A stretch of DNA of 64,000 bases, from assembly GCA_963799845.1 (NCBI GenBank), contig CAWCYI010000004.1, positions 992,001-1,056,000 of the forward strand, written 5' to 3'. This stretch comes from an uncultured Nitrososphaerota archaeon. Lineage in GTDB: Archaea; Thermoproteota; Nitrososphaeria; Nitrososphaerales; CADDZS01. Positions 31,596 through 42,441 of this stretch are shown piece after piece (within the stretch, counting starts at the first letter, position 1; every line of letters begins with the position of its first letter). The notes under the pieces are model-generated. The model was not told where the DNA came from, made no database searches, and saw only the letters and a program-made list of their open reading frames with translations. A program made the position numbers and the translations under genes.

Positions 31596-32226
31596 ATGAT
31601 CGAAGTCTTCGGGATACCTATTTCGGTTGTACACGGTCTCTTCGTGGAGTTACATACCGGAGTCGCAGTCTTCGCATTTCTTGCACTGGTGGCGATGCTT
31701 CTGACAGACCTATCTTTGAGAGGAAAGCCTGCGACCACAAGTGTAGAGATCATCAGACGTGATGCCGACGCTATCGCCTATATCGGCGCCATCGTCGCCG
31801 TTTTCTTTCTCATTTTGTCCGGAATAACTGGATATCTGATCGAGCCGTATTCGACAATGGCTACTACTCCACTGCTCTTGAACAAAAGCCTGACCGCTCT
31901 CAGCTGCTCTCTACTTCTGGGCTGCCTATGCTTTCGTAAGATACTGGTGTGGGCCTGGATTGTGGCGAAAGGCAGGATTGTACGCGCTTGCATTCATCAC
32001 CTCTGTTTTCGCGATACTCTTCACAACGATCGCCGGTTCGATCGGGGCTGAACTGAGCGCTTACGGAGAATCCGTCCTGGATCCGGTGTACAGAGCGCTC
32101 GGGATTAGCTTCAACACTCTCGTGCTTACCCAAGTCGATGTTTATGTTACTGCCGGGGCAATGGTGGTAGCAGTGGCTGTGGTTGGTGTCGCCGCGCGGT
32201 TGTCGGAATCTCGTAGGCATTCATAA
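31596..32226 (+). CDS. Polytopic membrane protein, DUF2231-like/putative heme b (indel near 31900)
   Basis: HGLFVELHTG, LSGITGY, AGSIGAEL; about 5 TM after joining ORFs 31596 and 31960. Confidence 0.55.
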
Positions 32227-32325
32227 ACATTTGAATTGTCGAGGCTGGATAACTATAGATTCTTACCGGGATAGCCTGACGATTCTGCGACAGGAATCTT
32301 AAGCCTTCACCGCTAAGCGATCGAA

Positions 32326-32733
32326 CTATCGACCGACAACCAAGTAGGCATACTTTAGCTGCTTGACGCCGCTGAGTTTTCTGACGTCCTGCTCAAGTTC
32401 CAGAATCTTTCTGACCTTTCCGCGCACGACAATGATGTTGAGGCAGTTTTCTTCGTCAAGATGCTGATGGAGCGAAGAGACAATTACGAGCCTGTGCGCA
32501 TGCCCGATGTCAGTAATCTTGCTGTCGATGTTCCGCGTATCGTGCTCGTAGAGTATCAGTATAGTACCGGTCGCAGATTTGTCAGGATCCTCCTTCAGCT
32601 CAAACTCATTTATGAAATTTTGAATCGCTAGCTGCAAGGCTTTAGATCGCTCGTCGTATCCCATCAACTTGGATACGCGATCCAATTCCTTCTGCAATCT
32701 CGGCTGCAACGAGAAACTGATTCCGGGAAACAC
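32326..32733 (-). CDS. nikR: Nickel-responsive regulator NikR
   Basis: RHH N-terminus (ISFSL...RSKAL); YEH, GHAH, LHQH...NC Ni-ligand pattern. Confidence 0.85.
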   Translation of the reverse strand: MFPGISFSLQPRLQKELDRVSKLMGYDERSKALQLAIQNFINEFELKEDPDKSATGTILILYEHDTRNIDSKITDIGHAHRLVIVSSLHQHLDEENCLNIIVVRGKVRKILELEQDVRKLSGVKQLKYAYLVVGR

Positions 32734-32803
32734 CTTCCCTTTCTTCCTCTCGTTGCGACGTTGGCAATTGAGTATTACCGAAAACGCAATTTTTTCTTAA
32801 AGA

Positions 32804-32831
32804 GTATTACTGACTGTGAGAAGTTTAACAC
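32804..32831. promoter_or_regulatory. NikR operator GTATTA-N16-TAACAC overlapping the NiCoT TATA (TTTAA)
   Basis: Same 6-16-6 geometry as the E. coli NikR site GTATGA-N16-TCATAC; extra GAGTATTAC half-site at 32770-32778. Confidence 0.65.
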
Positions 32832-32900
32832 TGATTATGGCTGAATTTGGGTCATCGCTAATATAGCTCAACTCTGCCCGCGCTCTCAAGGAAAGCGATC

Positions 32901-33966
32901 ATGACCGAGAGAGCATTCCAGGCTGAAAGAAATGTTTCTGGTCTCGGGCTTTCCCCCGGTGAGAAGATCAAGATCCTCGGAATTTTTGTATCGATAATTT
33001 GCGCGACCGCCTTTGGTTTCATAGCTTCCACAATAATTGGCAACATGTCGGTCGTTCTTGCAGGCCTGGGAGTTGTCGCTTTCGTTTTCGGGCTGCGTCA
33101 CGGAGTAGACGCGGATCACATCGCGGCAATTGACAATACAACGAGGAAACTAATGCAGGAAGGAAAAAGACCACTCACCGTAGGGACATGGTTTTCGCTG
33201 GGACACTCGACCATCGTCGTAGGTCTGATAGTTGCGTTGGTTCTGTCGACCCGTGCAATCACAGGCACGATCCCAGCTCTGCAAAACACGGGAGCTATCA
33301 TCGGCACGGCGGTTTCTGGAACGTTCCTGTGGTTGATTGGTCTGATCAACGTAGTTATCGTATTGGGAATATACAAGATCTACAAGCAGCTTAGGACGGG
33401 TCAGCTGAAATTCCGAACAGCTTGAGGAATTGTTGAACAAGCGGGGTTTCCTGAATCGCTACTTCTCTCCTCTTTTCCGGATAATCAGAAAGCCCTGGCA
33501 GATCTACCCCATTGGCGTTCTTTTTGGACTCGGCTTTGACACCGCCAGTGAAGTCGCCCTGATTGCAATAAGTGTGGGAGTTGGGGTGTCCTCTTCGGTC
33601 CCACTCTGGATGATCCTTGTGCTTCCGTTCATGTTCACCTGCGGGATGGTTCTCGTCGATACGGCCGATGGAATCACTATGCGCATGGCCTACGGCTGGG
33701 CATACCTCAAACCGATCAGGAAGATATACTATAATCTCACCCTGACGATAATTTCCGTCCTAGTCGCTTTTTTGATCGGCGGGGTTGAAGTCCTGCAAGT
33801 ACTTTCGGGAGAGCTCAACCTAACCGGCGCATTCTGGAACTGGCTCAACAGCCTGGATTTCGAAACTCTGGGTTACGGAATAGTGGCAGTTTTCATAGTC
33901 TCCTGGTTTGCCTCGATTGCAATTTACAAGTTCAAGAAAATTGAAACTACTGGATTCCAACCATAA
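32901..33966 (+). CDS. hoxN: HoxN/HupN/NixA (NiCoT) nickel/cobalt permease (indel near 33410)
   Basis: GLRHGVDADHIAAIDN, FSLGHSTIV, GVLFGLGFDTASE. Confidence 0.9.
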
Positions 33967-34195
33967 TCCATTTTCTGAGCTTGCTGAAGATTTGCACTTT
34001 TATCCATGCATAACCTTACCGTTATCGCTAGGTGGTTGTCTTCGGATTGAAATTACCATCATAGTTCAGTTTATTGCATGCTTTCATCGACGCTTTCCAA
34101 ATCTGAGAATCGTCTACATGTCTTAATACGCGAACTAGTAAAATAAATCATCGACTTTGTGCAACTTGCTCTGCAAGTGTTCAAAGCTCTGAAGT

Positions 34196-34660
34196 ATGTT
34201 TCATAAGGAGAAGAAACTAAATTTGCATTACGATGGCTCGTTTGAAGTCTCAGCATCTAAAGAGGCATCCTACGCTTTTGCGACAGATCCTGCAAAGGTC
34301 ACTACCATATTCCCTGATGTTCAAGATGTCAGGATAGTCGATTCGGAAACCTTCGAGTTGAAAACGAAAATAGGAATTTCTTTCATAAAAGGGATCATGA
34401 ACGTCAAGGGAAGTATTGCAGAAAAGATTCCATCCAAATTTGTAAAGCTGAAAGCAAAGGCAAATGGGTTGGGAAGCTCGATTGATTTGGAAAGTGGCTT
34501 TTCGATGGAAGATGGAAAAAATGGCGGAACTCTCGTAAAGTGGACTGCAGATGCCATAGTGGGCGGTCTAATTGCGCGGGTGGGTTCTAGACTAATCGAT
34601 TCTGCGGCGCAGAAGTACATCGAACAGATAATTACTTCGCTAAAACAAAAGCTCTCTTAG
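34196..34660 (+). CDS. coxG: CoxG/SRPBCC family protein
   Basis: DPAKVTTIFP...GGLIARVGSRLIDSAA. Confidence 0.8.
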   Translation: MFHKEKKLNLHYDGSFEVSASKEASYAFATDPAKVTTIFPDVQDVRIVDSETFELKTKIGISFIKGIMNVKGSIAEKIPSKFVKLKAKANGLGSSIDLESGFSMEDGKNGGTLVKWTADAIVGGLIARVGSRLIDSAAQKYIEQIITSLKQKLS

Positions 34661-34675
34661 CATCTGGAGTGACAT

Positions 34676-35641
34676 GTGATTTTGATAATTGATGTATTTA
34701 ACCACTTTTACCCGAAGGAATACCTGGACGCACTTTCCAAACCGCTGCCCGAGCAAGTAGTCTGGATTTCTTCAACAATGAGAGGAATCAACGACCTGGA
34801 GTATCGATTGACCCAGATGGACAGGTTCGGAGTTGACATGCAGGTTTTATCTCTTCCCATGCCAACGCTTGATGACCTTTCGAATATTCCAGTGCACGAA
34901 TTCGAAAGGATAACAAAGACTGCAAGCGATGGCATCGCGAGGATCGCCGAGCAATCGCAGGGACGTTTCAAGGGAATAGCCACTGTTTCTCTTCTCGACG
35001 TCGGAAAGGCGATCGACGAGGTTGAAAGGGTTGTGAAAGATCTCGGTCTGCTTGGAGTCCAAATCCTTTCGAATGTGAGAGGGAAACCTCTTGACCTGCA
35101 AGAGTTCGAGCTGTTCTATTCCAAGATCAGTCAGCTGGGTTGCGGCTTGTGGATTCATCCTACTTTCATGAGAAAAATATACGACTGGATGAACGACGAA
35201 TACAACATGAACATGATGATGGGCTGGGGCATAGATACGTCCCTTGCAATGTTTCGCATTTTCAGGGGAGGAGTACTAGAAAGGCATTCCGATCTAAAAA
35301 TCATACCGCACCACATGGGTACCCTGATTCCGCTCATGGCCGGGCGAATCAACGGTTTCGTAATGGGACAGGGAAAGAACGGCCTTCCTCCTTCTCCGCT
35401 CAAGAAGACCCCGATGGAGTACATGAAAATGTTCTACGTCGATACTGCCGAAGGGATGTGGAAGCCAGCCATGGATCTTTCTCACGATTTCTTTGGTTCT
35501 TCCCACATGCTTTTTGGCACCGACTATCCCTGGGGTGATACACCCAAAATCATCGAGAACATCGGGTCACTCAATATTCCGGAAGAGGAGAAGAAAATGA
35601 TATTGGGCGAGAACGCGGTTAAGCTCTTGGGGATCAGGTAA
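34676..35641 (+). CDS. Amidohydrolase_2 family protein (decarboxylase/hydratase-like)
   Basis: IDVFNHF, MDRFGVDMQVLS, WIHP, HHMG, LFGTDYPW. Confidence 0.88.
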   Translation: MILIIDVFNHFYPKEYLDALSKPLPEQVVWISSTMRGINDLEYRLTQMDRFGVDMQVLSLPMPTLDDLSNIPVHEFERITKTASDGIARIAEQSQGRFKGIATVSLLDVGKAIDEVERVVKDLGLLGVQILSNVRGKPLDLQEFELFYSKISQLGCGLWIHPTFMRKIYDWMNDEYNMNMMMGWGIDTSLAMFRIFRGGVLERHSDLKIIPHHMGTLIPLMAGRINGFVMGQGKNGLPPSPLKKTPMEYMKMFYVDTAEGMWKPAMDLSHDFFGSSHMLFGTDYPWGDTPKIIENIGSLNIPEEEKKMILGENAVKLLGIR

Positions 35642-35677
35642 GGAAGAGATGATTCGGCGAAAAGGGGTAAATCCATC

Positions 35678-38195
35678 ATGATGACTACAGTTCTGCGACA
35701 AGAGGAAAAGGAACAACCCAAGGGTAGAGTAGAAGATCCGAGACTTCTCACGGGCAAGGGACGCTTTGTTGATGATCTTAATGCTCAAAACCAGGCATAC
35801 ATGGGCCTCGTCCTCAGTCCATTTGCGCATGCTAAGATCAAGTCTATCGATCTTTCGAAGGTTCGCTCTTCGCCCGAGTTCATTGCATCGCTTACCGGGG
35901 AGGATCTGTTGAAGGAGGGCGTGCACCCTGTAGCACAAAATCCGTGGCCTCCGCAGAAGCATGCGAAACGGTACCACCTAGCGGTAGACAAGGTGAGGTT
36001 TGCTGGCGAACCGGTTGCGGCGATACTTGTGAAGAACAAGAGTTCCGTTGAGGATCTTATCGATCTGGTGGAAGTGGAGTACGAGCAGCTGCCGGTAATT
36101 ACTACAATCGAAGAGTCGAAGGAAAAAAAGGCACTGCTTTACGACGACTGGAAGGATAATCTTTCTCAGACAAATAAAGAAAAGAAGGGCGATGCAGCTA
36201 AAGCAATCTCATCGGCTTCTTACGTGGTCAACGCAAGATTGGGAATAAAGAGGCAGGAGGGCGCCCCGATCGAAACGCATGCCGTCCTCGTATCTTATGA
36301 CGAAGGGAAAGATATGTACGAAGTTTATTCTACAGTTCAGTCCGTGCACGGCCTCCAGGGTCAGCTGGCTTCCGAGCTTGGGACTCCAAAGAAAAAATTT
36401 CATGTTAAAGTGATGGATGTAGGAGGTGGATTTGGGAGCAAGGGAGGTCCGTCCTATCCCTGGCCTCTGCTTGCGTGCCTGCTTGCAAAAAGAACGGGCT
36501 TACCAGTCAAGTGGACTGCGAGCAGGACGGAGGAGTTTCTCGAAGCAGCAGCCGGAAGAGACGAGTATTGCGATGTGACCCTTGCTTGCGACCAAGACGG
36601 AAGGATGGTCGCTTTGCAGGCAAGCGTGGAGTGTGATGTCGGTGTATCCGGCACGCAGACCCATATGCCGTCCTTGACGATGTGGACGATGCCGGGACCG
36701 TACAACATACCCAATTTAGATACTCAAGGTAGCAGCCTACGTGACGAATAAGATGCCGATAGGGCCGGTCAGGGGAGCTGGAGCACCCGAGGGATGCTAC
36801 TTTATCGAACGGGTCATAGAAATAATGGCGAAGAAAATTGGGCTTGATCCTATAGAATTTAGGCGCCGCAACCTGGAAAAGCCAAGAAAGCCAGGTGAAG
36901 AAGATTACCAAGTTCTACTGGATACTCTAGTCAAATCTTCAAATTATGACGCTCTTTTGCAGTGGAGGCTCGGCCTGCTGTCCAAATTCAGACAGGAAGG
37001 TTCCGCTGCTTCAAAGGTTTTGGGAGGAATAGGGATTTCGGTACGCGGCAGCAGTGAATCGGAAGATGAGGAAGAGGATTGGGGCGGCGAGGGAGAGGGG
37101 TTCCAGGGCGGGGGTGACGAAGATAGAACTGCATCGTGGCAGAGCTCGGGGAATTCTAGTGGGTCAGCAAGCAATGCAGAAGCGAAACCAGGATCTTCAT
37201 CTTGGCAAAGGGGTGATAACAACGGCGATTCCTCTGAACAATGGAAATCTGGAACCGATGATGACGATGGTGGTGGTTTTTCCTTCATGACCGAGTCAGC
37301 CAAGGTCGTATTGGACTCCAATGGAGATGTGACCGTGTACACCGGCTCGTCGCCCCATGGACAGGGGGAAGAAACAACGTTTGCTCAGCTTGCCTCAGAT
37401 GAATTAGACGTCCCTCTCGAAAAGGTTCACGTCGTTTGGGGCGACACCTTATTGATTCCTTTCGGAATCGGAACATTCGGTAGCCGCTCAGCAGCTACTG
37501 GTGGAAGTGCAGTAGTTGATGCCACACGTAAGCTGAAATCGCACCTTCTCGAAAAGGCGTCCAAGGTTCTTGGGGTCGATGCGAAATTACTTGGGATACG
37601 AAATGGGACATTTGTGAATCTTTCAAATCCAAACACACCGCTATCGACTTTAGGGCAGACTCTCCAAAAGCTCGGAATGAATGAGATTTCGGCTGATTCG
37701 AAGTTTACTTTGAGCGCAATGAGTTATTCTAGCGGAGTTCATCTGTGTGTGGTAACTCTGGACGTCGAAACAGGTAAGGTGAAGGTCGAAAAGTATCTAG
37801 TCGTCGAGGACTGCGGACGAATGATAAACGAATCCATAGTTGAAGGGCAAATTCATGGCGGTGTGGTTCATGGGATTGGCGGGGCACTGCTTGAGCAACT
37901 GGCATACGACGAATCTGGGAACCTCTTAACTTCCACTTTCATGGACTACAGCATTCCAACATCTGTGGACAGCCCAGATGTCGAAATCTTCCACAGAACA
38001 ACTCCATCAACTGTTACACTCGACGGTGTCAAGGGCGTCGGAGAAAGCGGTACGATTGGTTCTTACGGGGCAGTCGTGAATGCTTTGAACGATGCTCTCT
38101 CGCAGGTTGAAAAGAGCAAAGAAATCAATGTTGCGCCTATAGTGCCTGATATCATTTATTCCGCTGCCCTAAATAACAAAGAGCATCACTTTTGA
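35678..38195 (+). CDS. Xanthine dehydrogenase family molybdopterin-binding large subunit (CoxL/CutA-like, not form I CODH; indel near 36722)
   Basis: RVEDPRLLTGKGRFVDD, DVGGGFGSK, VRGAGAPE, GQGEETT, TFGSRS, KGVGESG. Confidence 0.88.
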
Positions 38196-38914
38196 ATAAG
38201 AATGTGCTGAAGCTTATCGAGAAAAGACAGTCTACAAGGATTCCCTTTAATTCTCGTCGACAAGTGGATAAAAGAGATCTCAAACAGATTATCGAAGCAG
38301 CGCGATGGTCACCGACGGCTCATAACATGCAGAACTTTGAAATTGTCGTGGTGGATGATACTAAGATCTTGAAAGCAATTGGGAACATCAAGTCTCAGAT
38401 TTCGGAGGATTTTCTTCGAGAGAACTATCAACAGCTCTCGTTCTCGAAGAAAGAGTTGCTCAGTAAGAAAGTGGGAATTCTCGGTTCCGGTTTTCCTCCT
38501 TCGTGGCGAGATCCAACAAAGCTGGACGCGGTCGCTAAAGAGAGTCCGCCAAGGCCTTTGAGCCAAACGATTCAGGGCAGCCCACTGCTGTTGGTAGTTG
38601 TCTATGATCCTCGTAAGAGGGCCCCCGCATCTAAAGGAGATTTCTTGGGTATTTTGAGCCTCGGCTGCGCAATGGAGAACATGTGGCTCATGGCCCAGTC
38701 TTTGGGGATAGGTTTTCAGGTAATGAGCATCTTCAGCAGTGTGGCCGTTGAGAAAGAAGTGAAGCGAGTTCTAAATATTCCTGGGCACATGAAGATTGCA
38801 TATGCCATTCGCTTGGGATATGCCCAAGGCAAGTCGACAGAATATCTTAGAGTACGCCGGGATCTGGAAACGTTAGCTCACCACAATCAGTTTGGAAATC
38901 TGGGTCTAGGATGA
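38192..38914 (+). CDS. Nitroreductase family protein
   Basis: KRQSTR, ARWSPTAHNMQ, ENMWLMAQSLGIG. Confidence 0.88.
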   Translation: MNKNVLKLIEKRQSTRIPFNSRRQVDKRDLKQIIEAARWSPTAHNMQNFEIVVVDDTKILKAIGNIKSQISEDFLRENYQQLSFSKKELLSKKVGILGSGFPPSWRDPTKLDAVAKESPPRPLSQTIQGSPLLLVVVYDPRKRAPASKGDFLGILSLGCAMENMWLMAQSLGIGFQVMSIFSSVAVEKEVKRVLNIPGHMKIAYAIRLGYAQGKSTEYLRVRRDLETLAHHNQFGNLGLG

Positions 38915-39013
38915 ACGAATCTAATACGAAGGATATTGGTCTTCTTCTCGGATTTGATAATCGTGTCCGGGGGTTAAGTATCTGAAGCGCCTCAACTGTC
39001 CCGTTGAGGAAGT

Positions 39014-39499
39014 TTGGCAGAGAAAGAAAGTTCGAATTCCGATCTATTTCATTTATCGAAGATTCTAGTTCCAACTGATGGCTCCGCAAACGCTAGCCGG
39101 GCTGTGAATGGTGGGATAGATCTCTCAAAAAAGTACGGTTCCGAACTTGTCGTTCTGTGCGTAATACCTTCTCCAACTCTTCTTGTAGAGGCCTCCGTTG
39201 GTCTAGGGATGGCGCCTGGGGGACTGGATTCCTATTACAAGCAGCAAGAAATGAGGGCCAATTATTTCATTGATGAAGCCGTGACCCTTGCCAAGACACA
39301 AGGCATCAAAGTGAGGAGTGAAGTGTCTCGTGCCGACAAGTCGATAGTTGGGGAAATAATTGAGATATCCATTCATGAGAAAATTGACTTGATAGTTATA
39401 GGCACGCGGGGCCTAGGTGGGTTTAGGAAACTGCTTCTAGGCAGCGTTTCAAGCGGCGTTGTAACTAATGCTCAGTGTAATGTTTTGGTCGTCAGATAA
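39014..39499 (+). CDS. Universal stress protein
   Basis: KILVPTDGS...DLIVIGTRGLGGFRKLLLGSVS. Confidence 0.92.
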   Translation: MAEKESSNSDLFHLSKILVPTDGSANASRAVNGGIDLSKKYGSELVVLCVIPSPTLLVEASVGLGMAPGGLDSYYKQQEMRANYFIDEAVTLAKTQGIKVRSEVSRADKSIVGEIIEISIHEKIDLIVIGTRGLGGFRKLLLGSVSSGVVTNAQCNVLVVR

Positions 39500-39517
39500 G
39501 AGGGAAATTGACCCGTC

Positions 39518-40564
39518 ATGTCACAACAAAAATCATTGGAGCTATACCAAATAACGACATCCAAGGAAATTCTGAACCTCCAAAAACTGACGAAGAGTTT
39601 TGATGACAAGACAAATGTCGTCGATGATGTTTCGTTCACTGTATCGGAGGGTGAGATTTTTGGCTTTCTCGGCCCCAACGGTGCGGGAAAAAGTACCACG
39701 ATCAACATGCTGACAACGATTCTTCGTCCGACATCGGGAGACGCAACAATATGTGGTTATGATATAATCAAAGATCAAACCGCGGTGAGGAGAAGCATCG
39801 GCGTTGTTCCTCAAGAATCGACAGCTGATGAGGATTTAACTGGTCTTGAAAACGTGTTACTCTGCGCTGATTTTTATGGAATCCCAAGGAAAGTCTCAAG
39901 GCCACGTGCCTGGGAACTTCTCGAACTAGTAGAACTCTCCAAAGATGCGAAAAGAAAAGTCAGCACCTATTCCGGCGGCATGCGAAGGAGGCTTGAGTTA
40001 GCTTCAGGTCTGATAAATCGGCCTAAGCTACTGTTTCTCGACGAGCCGACCCTCGGTCTTGATGTTCAGACAAGAGCAGCAGTCTGGGAATACATACGCT
40101 TACTCAAGGCGGAATTTCACATGACTCTCTTTATGACCACCCACTATCTCGACGAGGCTGACAACCTTTGCGATCGAATAGCGTTGATAGATCACGGAAA
40201 GATTCTGACAATCGGTTCACCTGACGAGCTCAAGGAAAGCCTTGGCGGGGACATAATTGAAGTCGAAGTGCAAGATGGAACAGCCGATCTCTCAGAATCA
40301 ATACGGCGGGTTGAACACGTAGTTGATGTTAGAAAGACAAATTCCGACTACAGGATCAAGACAGAACTCGGAGAAGAGACAGCTCCAGCAGTTATGGAAG
40401 CACTGAGGTTAGCCGGTGCAAAGGTTGTTAGGATTTCAATTGCCAAGCCATCTCTCGATCAGGTGTATCTGGAATACACAGGAAAGTCCATCAGAGAAGA
40501 GCACGCTGATAGTAGCTCTCAGATCCCGAGACACGGAAGAATGTCGATGGGAATGCGAAGATAG
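39518..40564 (+). CDS. DrrA-type ABC exporter ATPase
   Basis: GPNGAGKST, YSGGMRRRL, DEPTLGLD. Confidence 0.92.
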   Translation: MSQQKSLELYQITTSKEILNLQKLTKSFDDKTNVVDDVSFTVSEGEIFGFLGPNGAGKSTTINMLTTILRPTSGDATICGYDIIKDQTAVRRSIGVVPQESTADEDLTGLENVLLCADFYGIPRKVSRPRAWELLELVELSKDAKRKVSTYSGGMRRRLELASGLINRPKLLFLDEPTLGLDVQTRAAVWEYIRLLKAEFHMTLFMTTHYLDEADNLCDRIALIDHGKILTIGSPDELKESLGGDIIEVEVQDGTADLSESIRRVEHVVDVRKTNSDYRIKTELGEETAPAVMEALRLAGAKVVRISIAKPSLDQVYLEYTGKSIREEHADSSSQIPRHGRMSMGMRR

Positions 40565-40581
40565 ATGGAGGTTGGATAGAT

Positions 40582-41556
40582 GTGACAGAATCAGTAACAA
40601 CAAGCAACAAGAAAGATCTAGCCAAACAAGAATTGAGTGAAGTCCCGACGTTGGAACGAACGAGCCAACACATGTCGGCATTCGAGCAAGAGACCGCCCT
40701 CAACCAGAGCTCGCTTCATGGCTTGTGGGCCCTTACAAACAGAGAGCTAAAGAAATGGTACAAGGCCCCGATAATACTGATCCTCTCTCTAATTCAGCCC
40801 GTCATCTGGCTCGGATTATTTGGCAAAGCGATGAACTTCGGAGCGATCTTCACCGGTAGCTCGTTCAACATACCTGGGCTTAACATCCCGAAAAGTGTGC
40901 TCGACACGCTTTCAAGCCAGATTATGCAGAACACGTTCGGTACAAGTGATTATTTCTCGTTTCTTGCAGTTGGCATGTTATCTTTCATTTCACTCTTCAT
41001 GGCCATGCAGAGCGGCATGTCCGTAGTTTGGGACCGGCGGCTGGGCTTCCTGAACAAGGAATTAAGCACGCCGCTTGCACGAGGTGCTTTTCCCATTGGT
41101 AAGGTCTTCTCTTCAATCCTGAGAGGACTCACTCAAGCGGCTACCGTGCTCATCATAGCGATATTGTTGGGGCTCGATGTCTCTCACATCACGGTCGTTG
41201 CAATACTTGGCACTTTTTCCGGGATCTTCCTAATGGTGATGGGCTTTTCTTCATTGTTTGTGATGCTAGCAGTTCGCTCCAGCAATCAGGACACCCAGAT
41301 GATGATAGTAAATCTGTTGAACCTTCCCCTGCTTTTTGCGAGCAATGCTATGTTTCCAGCAAAATTCATGCCGAGCTGGCTTCAGCCTGTGGTTCAGGCA
41401 AATCCGGTCAGCTACGCGACTGATATTTCTCGTCAGCTTCTTCTCGGTTCTACAGGCATGGCAAGTCTGGGTTTTGACTTTCTATATCTGGGAGCGTTCG
41501 CCGTGGCGATGCTGATACTTGGAACATACATATCATGGAGATTCCTTTCGAAGTAA
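40582..41556 (+). CDS. ABC-2 type permease
   Basis: LIQPVIWL, WDRRLGFL, MPSWLQ..NPVSY. Confidence 0.9.
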   Translation: MTESVTTSNKKDLAKQELSEVPTLERTSQHMSAFEQETALNQSSLHGLWALTNRELKKWYKAPIILILSLIQPVIWLGLFGKAMNFGAIFTGSSFNIPGLNIPKSVLDTLSSQIMQNTFGTSDYFSFLAVGMLSFISLFMAMQSGMSVVWDRRLGFLNKELSTPLARGAFPIGKVFSSILRGLTQAATVLIIAILLGLDVSHITVVAILGTFSGIFLMVMGFSSLFVMLAVRSSNQDTQMMIVNLLNLPLLFASNAMFPAKFMPSWLQPVVQANPVSYATDISRQLLLGSTGMASLGFDFLYLGAFAVAMLILGTYISWRFLSK

Positions 41557-41658
41557 GAATTTAACTTTCGAACCAAATGTCCATTGTCCCTTACACTTAA
41601 GGCAGCTTCAACTCAATCAAATGGCGATCGTTCTTCGACCTCGATAGGCCAAAGCGCT

Positions 41659-42438
41659 TTACTCTATTATTCTTCTCAGCGCCATCGAAGCAAGCGCGAT
41701 AAATGCGAAAGTCGAGATGAGGAGTACACCAATATCCACTGGAAGATTCGAATAATTTCCAGTCAAAAGCATGGCACGCATGGCGTCAACCACATAGCTA
41801 AGTGGGTTGAACTTTGATACATACTGAAGCCAAGTCGGCATTATGGAAGTTGGATAGATTGCATTGCTTGCGAAGAAAAGTGGCATGGTAATTGCCTGCC
41901 CAATCCCCATCATTCGGTCACGAGTCTTGAAGAACGAGGCGAGCAGCATGGAAAGGCTCGAAAAGCACATTGCAAATAATATGATTACCACGAACACACC
42001 TACAACATCAAACACATCGAACCGGAGGTTCACTCCGATTATCAATGCGAGGGCGAATATTACAACTGCCTGAAACACTCCTCTGATGCTTGCCGCTAGG
42101 GCTTTCCCGATTACGATTGAAGATATACGTGAAGGCGTTGAAAGAAGTTTCGTTAGTAGTCCCATATCCCTCTCCCAGACTATGGTTATGCCGTAGAATA
42201 TTGCCACGAACAGGACAGACTGCGCAAGCACTCCTGGAGTTAGATACTGAAGATACGTGTACCCCGGAGGTGCAAGTCCGTGAACCGCATTGAAGACTTC
42301 TCCGAAGATAAGGAGCCAAAGGAGCGGCTGTATTGTTCGTATCCAGAGCTCGGTGGAATCATGTTTGATTTTCCTTGCCTCCATCTTTGCGATTGTGAGC
42401 GAATCTTCGACTGACTCTACTGCTGCGCTCATAACCAC
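41659..42438 (-). CDS. ABC-2 type permease
   Basis: IQPLLWL, WERDMG, MPTWLQ..NPLSY. Confidence 0.9.
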   Translation of the reverse strand: MVMSAAVESVEDSLTIAKMEARKIKHDSTELWIRTIQPLLWLLIFGEVFNAVHGLAPPGYTYLQYLTPGVLAQSVLFVAIFYGITIVWERDMGLLTKLLSTPSRISSIVIGKALAASIRGVFQAVVIFALALIIGVNLRFDVFDVVGVFVVIILFAMCFSSLSMLLASFFKTRDRMMGIGQAITMPLFFASNAIYPTSIMPTWLQYVSKFNPLSYVVDAMRAMLLTGNYSNLPVDIGVLLISTFAFIALASMALRRIIE

Positions 42439-42441
42439 TTG

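Noticed and set aside
34196-38195. Aerobic CO dehydrogenase, or a Ni-dependent link to nikR/NiCoT
   Set aside because: The active-site loop is VRGAGA, not form I AYxCSFR; no coxM/coxS here; Mo-hydroxylases do not use Ni.
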